Below the pieces are notes generated by a model. That model searched no databases. It was given only the letters and a program-made list of their open reading frames with translations, and was not told the DNA's origin. DNA of 64,000 nucleotides, taken from an uncultured delta proteobacterium. GTDB lineage: Bacteria > Desulfobacterota > Desulfobacteria > Desulfobacterales > UBA11574. The DNA is taken from the NCBI GenBank assembly GCA_963790095.1, contig CAWBNO010000012.1, positions 146,997 through 210,996 on the forward strand. Reading direction: 5' to 3'. Below are positions 8,307 to 17,946 of this stretch, piece by piece (positions within the stretch are counted from its first letter, which is position 1; every line of letters starts with the position of its first letter). Made by a program: the position numbers and the translations under genes.

Positions 8307-9254
8307 ATGAACCCTATCCCTTTCCCGGAATTTCTTGAGGAAAATCCATTCATCCTCGGCGAGGGGGCTGTCATCGAGCGCCTGCGCCGAAACAGCGATT
8401 TGGAACTCGATCCGAATATCGTCAACTCAGCATTTATCTATGACCCATCGAAGCGTGTTGCCCTGGAGTCTATCTATCGGGGGTACCTGGACATCGGCTT
8501 TCAGTATGATTTGCCCCTCCTCCTATCCACTCCAACCTGGCGGGCCAGTCGGGAACGGATCGAAGCTGCAGGTTATGGGGGGAAGGACGTGAACGGCGAC
8601 AATTTCCGATTTCTTGAAACATTGCGGAACAACTACGGTCCGTATGCACGGAAGGTCGTTGTCTGCGGCTTGCTGAGCTGCCGTGGAGATGCCTATAATC
8701 CAGCTGAAGCACTTACGGCCGCCGATGCCCATGAGTTCCACACATGGCAGGCCATGATGTTGGCGGAAGCCGGCGTCGATTTCCTCCTTGCCGCCACGTT
8801 GCCGGCCCTCAGCGAGGCCACCGGACTGGCATCGGCCCTGGGCGCCACCGGCAAGCCGTACATGGTCAGTTTTGTGGTTCGTCCTGAAGGCACACTTCTT
8901 AACGGTACGCCCCTGAAGGAGGCCATTGCTGCCATCGATGCCGCAGTCAGCCCAAGACCGATGGCCTATCTGGTCAATTGCACCCACGCCTCTATATTCA
9001 GAGCCGCCCTTCTGCATAAAGTCAATTCATCTTCACGCGTTAGGGATCGCGTCGTCGGACTCCTGGCCAATACGGCGGCGCTCAATCCTGAAGAATTGGA
9101 CCACAGCGTCCATCTCGTGGCGGAAGCGCCTGAAACTTTCGGCCAATCCCTGGCTGGCCTGCACGGGGAACTCGGCATGAAGATTCTGGGGGGCTGTTGC
9201 GGAACGGACGACCGGCATATCCGCTATCTCGCATCGCGTCTTGCCTCGGTGTGA
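8307..9254 (+). CDS. homocysteine S-methyltransferase family protein
   Basis: C-terminal GGCCGTDDRHIRYL zinc/Hcy-binding motif and an internal NCTH motif. GCGAGGAA SD ahead of ATG 8307. Confidence 0.8.
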   Translation: MNPIPFPEFLEENPFILGEGAVIERLRRNSDLELDPNIVNSAFIYDPSKRVALESIYRGYLDIGFQYDLPLLLSTPTWRASRERIEAAGYGGKDVNGDNFRFLETLRNNYGPYARKVVVCGLLSCRGDAYNPAEALTAADAHEFHTWQAMMLAEAGVDFLLAATLPALSEATGLASALGATGKPYMVSFVVRPEGTLLNGTPLKEAIAAIDAAVSPRPMAYLVNCTHASIFRAALLHKVNSSSRVRDRVVGLLANTAALNPEELDHSVHLVAEAPETFGQSLAGLHGELGMKILGGCCGTDDRHIRYLASRLASV

Positions 9255-9277
9255 AGGAACGAAATGAAGCTCCCCGC

Positions 9278-9345
9278 AGCCCCGCAGGGCGGGATTTCCG
9301 TTTCACTCCAACAAGCTGCAAGGTATTCAGGCGAAGGCGAATAAA
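9278..9345 (+). repeat. 67-bp repeat, copy 2
   Basis: AGCCCCGCAGGGCGGGATTTCCGTTTCACTCCAACAAGCTGCAAGGTATTCAGGCGAAGGCGAATAAA. Inverted partner of 5585-5651. Confidence 0.9.
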
Positions 9346-9426
9346 CCAGTCACTTTTCGCGGGCTCCGAAACTTTTTTCGATAAATCCATGGCCCGCATC
9401 AGGCGATTTTAAATAGAGGACTCAAT

Positions 9427-9663
9427 ATGCAAAGTGATGTTATTATAGTCGGCGGAGTTCTTGCGGGGATCATGGCGGCATTTTCTGCCCAGGAAGACGG
9501 TGCCGAAGTATTATTGATTGGCCCTTCAATTTCATTTGCCTATACTACACTGGACACCGGAACCGGTGCGCTCATATTGTTTGCTTCGGTACAAATTACG
9601 ATGATATCGTTGTATATCATTTCGGGGAATCGATTGCACATCACCGAACGGAATCGTTCATGA
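9427..9663 (+). pseudogene. N-terminal fragment of an FAD-dependent oxidoreductase
   Basis: DVIIVGGVLAGIMAA...GAEVLLI is a Rossmann dinucleotide-binding start. The ORF then degenerates and stops after 78 codons. Confidence 0.35.
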
Positions 9664-9748
9664 CCATGTGCCGTGGAATATCCATTGCCCCAACTCCAAA
9701 TAAATTCAGGACAAAATCGTCAACAGACGTAAGGACTATTGGTGAAAA

Positions 9749-10207
9749 ATGACCGAAGACATCTATTCATATGAGGTAAAATGCCGTACATGCCGCACCA
9801 AGTTCAAGGTGCAGCTTTTCGAGAGCCACGAGAAGAATCTGTTTCTGGTGGATAAAAAAGATTGGTATTGCGAAAAATGCAAAAAAGAATATTTTGGCAA
9901 GCAGACGGAAAAACTTGTCAAGGCACATCAGGCCATCGGATTTTCCGAACTGAAAGGCACCCGGAAAATGGTGTCGTGGGCGGAGAAGATCCGGGGAGAT
10001 CTGATCAACAAGGTCGATTATCTGAAAAAAAGCCTCAAGTTTGATGACGAGGATCAACGGGAACTGTCTGAAAAGGCTTTTGACCTGTTTTTCAAGGAAT
10101 GGCAGGAAAAAACCCAGGCCAAATGGTGGATAGACCACCGGAGAATGACGGTCCGGGATATCTCAAAAAGGATTGAGGAAATATCTAAAACCATGCCGGC
10201 AAGATAG
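9749..10207 (+). CDS. hypothetical zinc-ribbon protein
   Basis: 152 aa with CRTCRT...CEKCKK (two CxxC pairs). No family recognised. Confidence 0.55.
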   Translation: MTEDIYSYEVKCRTCRTKFKVQLFESHEKNLFLVDKKDWYCEKCKKEYFGKQTEKLVKAHQAIGFSELKGTRKMVSWAEKIRGDLINKVDYLKKSLKFDDEDQRELSEKAFDLFFKEWQEKTQAKWWIDHRRMTVRDISKRIEEISKTMPAR

Positions 10208-10466
10208 CGTTAAGGTTTGGTTTGCATGAAGACTGCCCAAAGTTATCCGAAGACCGAGGGCCCAAGACCGTCAGAATCCGGCCAAGCGAACCACGGATTT
10301 ACTCAAGCGTGTATTCGGCGCAAAATAAACCTTTTGGGATTATCTCCCACTGCGTTGCAGTTAACCGGGGTTAAATAAGTGGGGCATTTCTAATTGAGTT
10401 GGTGTGATCTCTGAGGGTTCAAGGGGGCTTCCCCAACTAAATTGGAGAAGAATCCATATAAATGCC

Positions 10467-10808
10467 ATGAAAAAAATCGAAAGAGAAAAACTCGAACATC
10501 ATATTCGGGACAAGATCGATATTTTAAAAGAAGATATTGTTTCTTTAAAAAAGCGGACCGCGCCGATTCCACCGGACAATGCCATCGGCAGGCTGACCCG
10601 CATGGAAGCCATCGGCAGCAAGAGCATCAATGAAGCGGCATTGCGAAAAACCCAATATACCTTGTCAAAGCTGGAACGTGCTTTGAGAATGATCGATGCC
10701 CCGGATTTTGGCTTGTGCCGGGAGTGTGAAGAACCCATTCCATTCCCACGATTGATGATTCTGCCTGAAACGGATCTGTGCGTTGAATGTGCAGAGAAAA
10801 TGGATTGA
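10467..10808 (+). CDS. DksA/TraR-family C4 zinc-finger protein
   Basis: C-terminal CRECEEPIPFPRLMILPETDLCVECAEK preceded by a coiled coil. Confidence 0.75.
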   Translation: MKKIEREKLEHHIRDKIDILKEDIVSLKKRTAPIPPDNAIGRLTRMEAIGSKSINEAALRKTQYTLSKLERALRMIDAPDFGLCRECEEPIPFPRLMILPETDLCVECAEKMD

Positions 10809-10888
10809 TCTTACCGTTGCCGCGATCATCCTTGCCCTTTATGGGAATCTTTTTGTAACAGCACGGCGTCAAACATCGAGAAGAGATT

Positions 10889-11713
10889 ATGGAAAAACGG
10901 AATACGGATTTAAAGTTGTTGAAAAAAATACAGATTAACGCGCCATTTTTGGATCTCAAAAATAGATACCTTCCCATGTTTCTGGAATACGGAATGAACC
11001 CTGAAATCGGCATAGATGCCGAAGCTCTGGACACGACCTCTGCCAGGGAGTTCGAGACGGTGGCCGAGATTCTCAAAGCAAATAACCGTAAAATAACCGT
11101 GCACGGTCCTTTTATGGATCTGGTTCCCGGCGGGATCGATCCGATGCTGTTGGCGGCAACACGAAAAAGATTGGTCCGTTTTTTTGAGATAATTCCTATT
11201 TTTGAGCCGGTGAATGTGGTCTGCCATACCGGCTACGATCCGGTTCATTATCGGGAGCTTTGGACAGACTGGCTGTCATCGAGTGTTGCCACATGGGAAC
11301 CTCATGTGGCCCAAGCAGAACGTTTCGGATTTAAACTGTTGCTGGAAAATGTTTACGAGAAAAGTCCCCAGGTGCATTCCGCCCTTTTCGAGGCGATTCC
11401 ATCGGATTCTTTCGGGTTTTGTTTGGATGTGGGTCACCACAATGTTTTCGCCAATGGGCCCCTCGACAAATGGATCGATACATTCAATGGGAAAATAATG
11501 GAAGTTCACCTCCACGACAATGACGGAGAAGCAGACACCCATTGGGCAATCGGGGCGGGGAACGTCGATTTTGGGGGTCTTTTTCAACGGATGCGTCAGA
11601 AGGGGTTGACCCCCACCCTCACATTGGAGCCCCATGAGGAAGCAACACTGTGGCAAAGCCTGTCGTCCGGGGACTTTAGAGACCATCTCAACACCACCCA
11701 TCAAAAGGTTTGA
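10889..11713 (+). CDS. sugar-phosphate isomerase/epimerase (xylose-isomerase-like TIM barrel / AP endonuclease 2 superfamily)
   Basis: LENVYE, CLDVGHHN and EVHLHDNDGEADTHWAIG metal-ligand pattern. Confidence 0.75.
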   Translation: MEKRNTDLKLLKKIQINAPFLDLKNRYLPMFLEYGMNPEIGIDAEALDTTSAREFETVAEILKANNRKITVHGPFMDLVPGGIDPMLLAATRKRLVRFFEIIPIFEPVNVVCHTGYDPVHYRELWTDWLSSSVATWEPHVAQAERFGFKLLLENVYEKSPQVHSALFEAIPSDSFGFCLDVGHHNVFANGPLDKWIDTFNGKIMEVHLHDNDGEADTHWAIGAGNVDFGGLFQRMRQKGLTPTLTLEPHEEATLWQSLSSGDFRDHLNTTHQKV

Positions 11714-11801
11714 ACCTTCTATGAAGGTTTTGAAACGGTCGCCAAAGACCCGATCAGACATTCCTTTAAACCGAAAGCCTGCAATTGCCGATGGGGTCGC
11801 G

Positions 11802-14081
11802 TCAGCCTGTGTTTAACTTAAATCCGCATTCCTTGGTGTTACATGCCAGAAAGTCCCCCTGTTTTTTGGTGGATTTTTCCACCAAAAACCGGGCGCCGCA
11901 ATCGGGGCACTGTTTATCTACGGGTTTGTCCCAGATGGCAAAGGTGCAGTCTGGAAAACGGCTGCAACCGTAAAAAATTTTACCCCGCTTGGATGTTCGT
12001 TGAACAAGGTCTCCGCCGCAATCCGTTTCCGGGCAGTCGACCCCGGTTTTTTCTCCCCCGTTGTTTGAATTTGCGGACAGGGTGTTTTTGCACGCCGGAT
12101 ACTCGCTACAAGCGTAGAATGTGCCGTATTTTCCATGTTTTATAAGCATCGGTTTGCCGCATTTTTCACAAATTTTGTCCGAAGGTTCATCGGGCGGCAG
12201 TTCGGCGGGATGAATAACCCCTTTTTCATCCCGGGTGTAGTTGCTGGAATGGGTACATTCCGGATAGCCGGAGCAGCTCAAAAAATGTCCGGTCTTACCA
12301 ACCCGGATATGAAGCCGGGCACTGCATTTGGGGCAGGTGAGGTCCGTGGGGAAGCCCACACCTTTGACACTGAGCATGCCGGTTGAAGCTGCGTCGAGTT
12401 CCTTTTTAAACGCATCGTAGAAGCGGGTTAAAATTTCCAAAGCGTCCGCCTCTGTGAGTTCTATGCGGTCGAGGTCGTCTTCCATTTTGGCGGTAAACTC
12501 CACATCGAATACATCGGGAAAGCTCTCCACCAACAGATCGTTGACGATAAAACCCAGTTCGTTGGGTTTGAAATATCGTTTGATCAGATCCACATACCCT
12601 TTTTCCCGGATGGTCGACAGAATGGCGGCATAGGTGCTGGGACGCCCGATGCCGTTTTCTTCGAGTTCCTTGACCAAAGACGCCTCTGAAAATCTCGGCG
12701 GAGGCACGGTAAAATGCTGTTTGGGTTCCAATCGATTGAGTTTCAAAATCATCCCTTCACTCAGTTCGGGAAGATCGTCTTTTTTCTTTTGGCTTTCACT
12801 TTCGATCTGTTCGTCCACGGACATGTAGAGCCGCATAAAGCCGGGAAACGCAACCGATGAACCGCTTGCGGTAAAGAGATATGAACCGGCACGGATCGAT
12901 ATGGAAATCTGATGGATGAGGGCCTGTTTCATCTGAGATGAAACGAAGCGCTTCCAGATTAGCTCGTACAACGCCAGCTGATCTTGGGACAGGAAAGGTT
13001 TTATTTTCTCCGGGGTGTTAAAGACCGATGTGGGCCGTATGGCTTCATGGGCATCTTGAGCCTTTTTACGATTTTTGAAAAACCTCGGCTTCGGATTGGC
13101 ATATTCTTGGCCGAATTTTTCCCGCACGAATTGAAGGGCTTCTATGGCCGCTTCGTTTGAAATGCGCGTGGAATCTGTGCGCATGTAAGTAATAAGCCCT
13201 TCGGGTTCCCCGGGGCCAAGATCGATACCTTCATAGAGCTGCTGTGCCACGGTCATTGTTTTTTTTGCGGAAAATCTAAGCTTCTGAATGGCTTCCTGCT
13301 GCAGCTTACTGGTGATAAACGGGGGCGAGGGATTTCTTCTCGTAATTTTTTTCTGAACTTTTTCAACACGGAATTCCTCCCCGGACAATTCCCTTATAAT
13401 ACTGTCGGATGTCTTTTCATCGGGAATCTTAATTTTTTCCCCCTTCTTTTTTACCAGTTTTGCCTGGAAGGGCGGGGGGTCGTTGTTCTCGAGATGCGCG
13501 GTGATCGACCAGTATTCTTCGGGCTCAAAGGCCTGGATCGCCCGCTCTCGTTCACAAATTATTCTCACGGCAACCGACTGTACACGTCCTGCGCTGAGCC
13601 CGCCTTTGACCTTGCGCCATAACAGAGGGGATATCTGGTATCCCACGAGTCTGTCGAGCATTCTGCGTGCCTGCTGGGCTTCATACTTGTTCTGGTTGAG
13701 ATCTTCAGGCGCTGCAATGGCTTCGTTGACGGCTTTTTTTGTCAATTCATGAAACAAAACTCTGTGAAATTTCCGGCCCTTTTTTTTCAGAATTTCCGCA
13801 GTGTGCCAAGCAATGGCTTCGCCCTCCCGGTCCGGGTCGGGTGCCAGGTAAATATCTTTTGAATCCCCTGCAGCCGTTCTTAATGATTTGATAACCTTTT
13901 GCTTTCCGGGGATGTTCGTGTATTTGGGTTTAAATCCTTTTTCGATATCGATACCGATCTCTTTTGCCGGAAGGTCCTTTATATGGCCAACGGTGGCCGC
14001 GACATTGTATCGGTCGCCGAGATATTTTTTAATGGTTCTAACTTTTGTCGGTGATTCCACGACAACAAGGGGTTTTGTCAC
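11802..14081 (-). CDS. topA: DNA topoisomerase I
   Basis: 759 aa with TOPRIM start (VVVESPTKVRTIKKYLG), active-site region YMRTDSTRIS and C-terminal Cys4 zinc ribbons. Confidence 0.95.
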   Translation of the reverse strand: MTKPLVVVESPTKVRTIKKYLGDRYNVAATVGHIKDLPAKEIGIDIEKGFKPKYTNIPGKQKVIKSLRTAAGDSKDIYLAPDPDREGEAIAWHTAEILKKKGRKFHRVLFHELTKKAVNEAIAAPEDLNQNKYEAQQARRMLDRLVGYQISPLLWRKVKGGLSAGRVQSVAVRIICERERAIQAFEPEEYWSITAHLENNDPPPFQAKLVKKKGEKIKIPDEKTSDSIIRELSGEEFRVEKVQKKITRRNPSPPFITSKLQQEAIQKLRFSAKKTMTVAQQLYEGIDLGPGEPEGLITYMRTDSTRISNEAAIEALQFVREKFGQEYANPKPRFFKNRKKAQDAHEAIRPTSVFNTPEKIKPFLSQDQLALYELIWKRFVSSQMKQALIHQISISIRAGSYLFTASGSSVAFPGFMRLYMSVDEQIESESQKKKDDLPELSEGMILKLNRLEPKQHFTVPPPRFSEASLVKELEENGIGRPSTYAAILSTIREKGYVDLIKRYFKPNELGFIVNDLLVESFPDVFDVEFTAKMEDDLDRIELTEADALEILTRFYDAFKKELDAASTGMLSVKGVGFPTDLTCPKCSARLHIRVGKTGHFLSCSGYPECTHSSNYTRDEKGVIHPAELPPDEPSDKICEKCGKPMLIKHGKYGTFYACSEYPACKNTLSANSNNGGEKTGVDCPETDCGGDLVQRTSKRGKIFYGCSRFPDCTFAIWDKPVDKQCPDCGARFLVEKSTKKQGDFLACNTKECGFKLNTG

Positions 14082-14201
14082 TGTATTTCCTCGTTTTAAA
14101 TATTAAGAAGTCTCAAAAATACATCCAGCGTCCAATGCCCGGGTTCCATGGCGATGGGCGCAATCCCCTATTTTTGAGACAGATTGACGTTAAATTTTAC
14201 T

Positions 14202-15311
14202 TCACGCCCTTTCCCCAATGGAAAAGAACTTCCCTGGAGATTGCTGTACAATATTTTTAAGTTCCAGTTGCAGCAGAACACTCGAAAGTCTGCCGGATTC
14301 CATGGACAGCTTCCGTGCCAGATCGTCGATGTGAACCGGATACGGACCCAGCGCTTCAAACACCTTGGATTCCGCCGGGGACAACCCCGATATTTTCTCC
14401 GGGATTTCATCTATGGTAGTATCTGTTTCAACCGGAGTTTCCATAATAAATGAAAACTCTTCCATGATGTCTTGGGCATGTTCCACCAGTTTGGCTCCCT
14501 GTTTTATGAGGGTGTGCGTTCCGGTGCTTTTAAATGAGTGAATGCTGCCCGGAACCGCAAATACCTCCCTGTTCTGTTCTGCTGCAAGACGTGCCGTGAT
14601 CAGAGACCCGCTTTGTCGGGTTGCTTCCACGACCACGGTTCCAAGGGACATCCCGCTGATGATTCTGTTTCGTCTCGGGAAATTGTGGGCATTGGGCTCG
14701 GTGGCCAGAGAAAATTCCGAAACAACGGCACCGGTGTCGGCAATTTGGTAAAAAAGCTTACGGTTTTCCGCCGGGTAAATGTTCTCAAGGCCGCTGCCAA
14801 GTACGGCGATGGTAGCGCCTTTGCCCATGAGTGCGCCTTCGTGGGCTGCCGAATCGATTCCCAAAGCCATGCCGCTGACAACGGTTATCTTGAGCCGGGC
14901 CAAATCCCTGCACAGCCGCCGGGTCGTGGAGCGTCCGTAACTTGTGGCGTTTCTGGAGCCGACCACTGCGATATTTTTTGTGGAACCGTCGATACGGCCG
15001 AAAACGTACAAAAACGGCGGCGGATCCGGTATTTGAAGCAAAAGGGGCGGATAATCGGAATCTGCCATGGTGACAATTTTATAACCCTTTTCCAGGACAA
15101 GATCGAAATCTTTTCTGACCGAATCGGGAATTTTGCGCTGCTTTATAGCGGCAGCGAGGCGAGGGGTGATGCCTTCAACCGCAAGAAGTTCGTCTCGGGT
15201 GGCTCCAAAAATAAACTCCGGGGAATTGAAACGATCGATCAACCGCTTGAAAAGGAGGTTTCCGATTCCGGGAACACTTTTCAGAATAAACCATGGCAGA
15301 CTATGATCCAC
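14202..15311 (-). CDS. dprA: DNA-processing protein DprA
   Basis: 369 aa with VVGSRNATSYG Rossmann core. dprA-topA synteny. Confidence 0.9.
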   Translation of the reverse strand: MDHSLPWFILKSVPGIGNLLFKRLIDRFNSPEFIFGATRDELLAVEGITPRLAAAIKQRKIPDSVRKDFDLVLEKGYKIVTMADSDYPPLLLQIPDPPPFLYVFGRIDGSTKNIAVVGSRNATSYGRSTTRRLCRDLARLKITVVSGMALGIDSAAHEGALMGKGATIAVLGSGLENIYPAENRKLFYQIADTGAVVSEFSLATEPNAHNFPRRNRIISGMSLGTVVVEATRQSGSLITARLAAEQNREVFAVPGSIHSFKSTGTHTLIKQGAKLVEHAQDIMEEFSFIMETPVETDTTIDEIPEKISGLSPAESKVFEALGPYPVHIDDLARKLSMESGRLSSVLLQLELKNIVQQSPGKFFSIGERA

Positions 15312-15314
15312 AAG

Positions 15315-16355
15315 TTATTTTTTCCCACGAACCTTCCATGCCAGGAGAATGGGGCTTGCCACGTAAATGGAAGAGTAGGTCCCGACAATGATACCGACCA
15401 TCATTGCAAATGCGAAATCATGGATAATCCCGCCCCCCAAGACAAACAGGGCGATCACCACGACAAGGGTTGTCCCAGAGGTCAGTATGGTTCGGCTGAG
15501 AGTTTCATTGATGCTTCTGTTAATGACAACTTCCAAGGGATTTTTATGATACTTCCTTAAATTTTCTCGAATTCTGTCGAACACAATGATGGTATCATTG
15601 AGTGAGTATCCGATGATGGTGAGAAGGGCCGCGATGATGGGAAGTGTAAACTCCTTGCCGAACAGAGAGAATATCCCCACCGTAATGGTAACATCGTGGA
15701 CGAGTGCCACGATGGCCCCCATGGCATATTTCAGTTCGAGAAACCAGAAGAGAAAAAGGGTCACCACCAATGCCGCCGCAATCAGAAAAGGGACGCTCAC
15801 ATGGAAAATGGAAAGCAGATAAACAGCACCCATGAGCACGCCGGCCATAACGCCGCTCAACATCCACTTGAGTTCAAACCGCCCGGATATATATATGGCA
15901 ATAAAGAGCAGGGCGTAAAACATGGCGAACAGTGCTTTTTCCCGTAAATCTTTGCCCACCTGGGGCCCAACCATCTCGACCCGTCGGATGTCCACCCCCT
16001 GTCCGGTTGACGACGCCAGGGCCTTTTGTACTTCGAGGGAAAACCCCTGTTCGGTCATGACAGACCCGTCGGTGCGTATCAGATACTCATGTTCGGTCTG
16101 TTCACCGAATCCTTGAACCGATGATTTGCCCAGGTTTACGGTGGCGAGCCCTGATTTGATATCCGCCAGTTTTACGGGGGCATCGAATTTGACCTGTATC
16201 AAGGTGCCACCGGCAAAATCGATACCGTATTTGGGCCCTTTGTGGACCACGAGAGACGCGATGCTGATAAGGATCATCGCCAGTGACAGCGCAAAAGCGA
16301 TCTTTCTTTTACCGACAAAATTGAGGTTGATATCAGGCTTTATAAATTGCATCAA
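15315..16355 (-). CDS. secF: protein translocase subunit SecF
   Basis: 346-aa polytopic protein, adjacent to secD. Confidence 0.9.
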   Translation of the reverse strand: MMQFIKPDINLNFVGKRKIAFALSLAMILISIASLVVHKGPKYGIDFAGGTLIQVKFDAPVKLADIKSGLATVNLGKSSVQGFGEQTEHEYLIRTDGSVMTEQGFSLEVQKALASSTGQGVDIRRVEMVGPQVGKDLREKALFAMFYALLFIAIYISGRFELKWMLSGVMAGVLMGAVYLLSIFHVSVPFLIAAALVVTLFLFWFLELKYAMGAIVALVHDVTITVGIFSLFGKEFTLPIIAALLTIIGYSLNDTIIVFDRIRENLRKYHKNPLEVVINRSINETLSRTILTSGTTLVVVIALFVLGGGIIHDFAFAMMVGIIVGTYSSIYVASPILLAWKVRGKK

Positions 16356-16368
16356 TAAAATCCTATAA

Positions 16369-17946
16369 CTAAATGCTTAGAGTTTTAATCTTTCGTTTTA
16401 GTAAATAGTAATCGAATATCATACGGGTGAGGATCAGCGCGGTAAAAAGACTGGCGATAACTCCCAGACTTAGGGTTACGGCAAATCCTTTTACCGGACC
16501 GGTACCGAACTGGAAAAGGACCAGAGCGGCGATGAGCGTGGTGACATTGGCATCGAGAATCGTGAGGGTCGCCCGGTCGTACCCTGCCTCCACGGCTGCT
16601 CGGGGCGTTTTGCCGATGTGCATTTCCTCTCTGATACGTTCGAATATGAGAACATTGGCATCCACCGCCATTCCGATGGTGAGAATGATGCCTGCGATAC
16701 CGGGGAGGGTCAACGTGGCCTGAAAACCGGCCAGCCCTCCGGCAATCAAAAGAACGTTAAGAATCAGCGCAAAGTCTGCAATGAGCCCCGAACCCCGGTA
16801 ATAGACGATCATGAAGAAAATCACCAGGAGGCCGCCGACACACATGGATATGAGCCCTTTTCTGATGGAATCTGTTCCCAGTGAGGGGCCTACGGTCCTT
16901 TCCTCGAGAATCAGTACCGGGGCCGGGAGGGCGCCTGCACGCAGAGCGATGGCGAGATCCCGTGCTTCTTCTGTGGTAAAATTTCCGGTGACACGGGCTT
17001 TGCCGCCGGAGATTTTTTCCTGGATCACCGGTGCTGAATAGACCTTGTCGTCGAGGACGATTGCGAGACGTTTTTTTACATTCGCTTCGGTGATTCGGGC
17101 AAAATCCCTGCCCCCTTTTTTATCAAAATCGATGGAGACATAAGGTTCGTTGTACTGGGAATCTATCTGAACCTTTGCATCGGTAAGATGGGCTCCCGTC
17201 AAAAGGGTTCTTTTTTTGATCAGATACGGAGTTTTTATAATGCGCCGTGTGGCGGGATCTTCTTTGGTTCCGTAAAGAACTTCGCTTCCAGGAGGAATAT
17301 CTCCTTTCAGGGCGGCATTCAGATCATGGGTTTCATCGAGCAGTTTGAATTCCAACAGTGCGGTCCTGCCGATGAGGTCTTTGGCCCTTTTGGTATCCTT
17401 TATCCCCGGAAGCTGAACCAGTATCCGTTTTTCACCCTGGTTGCGAATATCGGGCTCGCTGACCCCGAACTGGTCGATCCGGTTTCGAATGGTTTCAAGG
17501 GCCTGATCGGTGGCCATTTTTTTGATTTGATCGGCGTCCTTGTCCGGAAGATTCAGGGTGAGGGTGAGGACATCGCCGTCGGTTAATCTCGAAAGTATGC
17601 GCAGGCCTGGGAAATCCTTGTCGAGAAGTTTTTCAAATCCGTCGATGTTGTTTTGTCCTTGCAGTTTGATGGAGATACGGTTCCCCTCCACCCGATTCAA
17701 GGCGATATATCGAACATGCTCTGTTCTGCAAAAATCCCGGATTTCCTGGCTTATACGTTCTATGGTCCCTTCCAGAGCTTTATCCGTGTCCACTTCCAAA
17801 ACCAGATGCATGCCGCCTTGAAGATCGAGGCCCAGGTTGATCTTTTTATGGGGCCACAAGGTTGGTTTTATGGTGGGAAGCACGTATATAATGGCAATAA
17901 TAATGACCGAAAAAACTGCCAGAGCTCGCCATGAGAGATTCTTCAA
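16369..17946 (-). CDS. secD: protein translocase subunit SecD
   Basis: 525 aa with a large periplasmic domain and C-terminal TM bundle (GIAGIILTIGMAVDANVLIFERIREE). Confidence 0.9.
   Translation of the reverse strand: MKNLSWRALAVFSVIIIAIIYVLPTIKPTLWPHKKINLGLDLQGGMHLVLEVDTDKALEGTIERISQEIRDFCRTEHVRYIALNRVEGNRISIKLQGQNNIDGFEKLLDKDFPGLRILSRLTDGDVLTLTLNLPDKDADQIKKMATDQALETIRNRIDQFGVSEPDIRNQGEKRILVQLPGIKDTKRAKDLIGRTALLEFKLLDETHDLNAALKGDIPPGSEVLYGTKEDPATRRIIKTPYLIKKRTLLTGAHLTDAKVQIDSQYNEPYVSIDFDKKGGRDFARITEANVKKRLAIVLDDKVYSAPVIQEKISGGKARVTGNFTTEEARDLAIALRAGALPAPVLILEERTVGPSLGTDSIRKGLISMCVGGLLVIFFMIVYYRGSGLIADFALILNVLLIAGGLAGFQATLTLPGIAGIILTIGMAVDANVLIFERIREEMHIGKTPRAAVEAGYDRATLTILDANVTTLIAALVLFQFGTGPVKGFAVTLSLGVIASLFTALILTRMIFDYYLLKRKIKTLSI

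Noticed and set aside
5585-9345. Orphan CRISPR repeats (GTTTCACTCCAACAAGCTGCAGGGTATTCAGGC starts like some CRISPR repeats)
   Set aside because: There are only two copies, in inverted orientation 3.6 kb apart, with ordinary genes rather than spacers between them. No cas genes are present.
10380-10400. Sigma-54 promoter inside the shared 60-nt motif (GGGGCATTTCTAATTGA)
   Set aside because: The GG-to-TTG spacing is one base off the -24/-12 consensus, and the -12 element reads TTGA rather than TTGC, in both copies.
14538-15560. 340-aa plus-strand ORF
   Set aside because: It lies antisense to dprA and secF, which have clear family motifs. This is a typical long shadow ORF.
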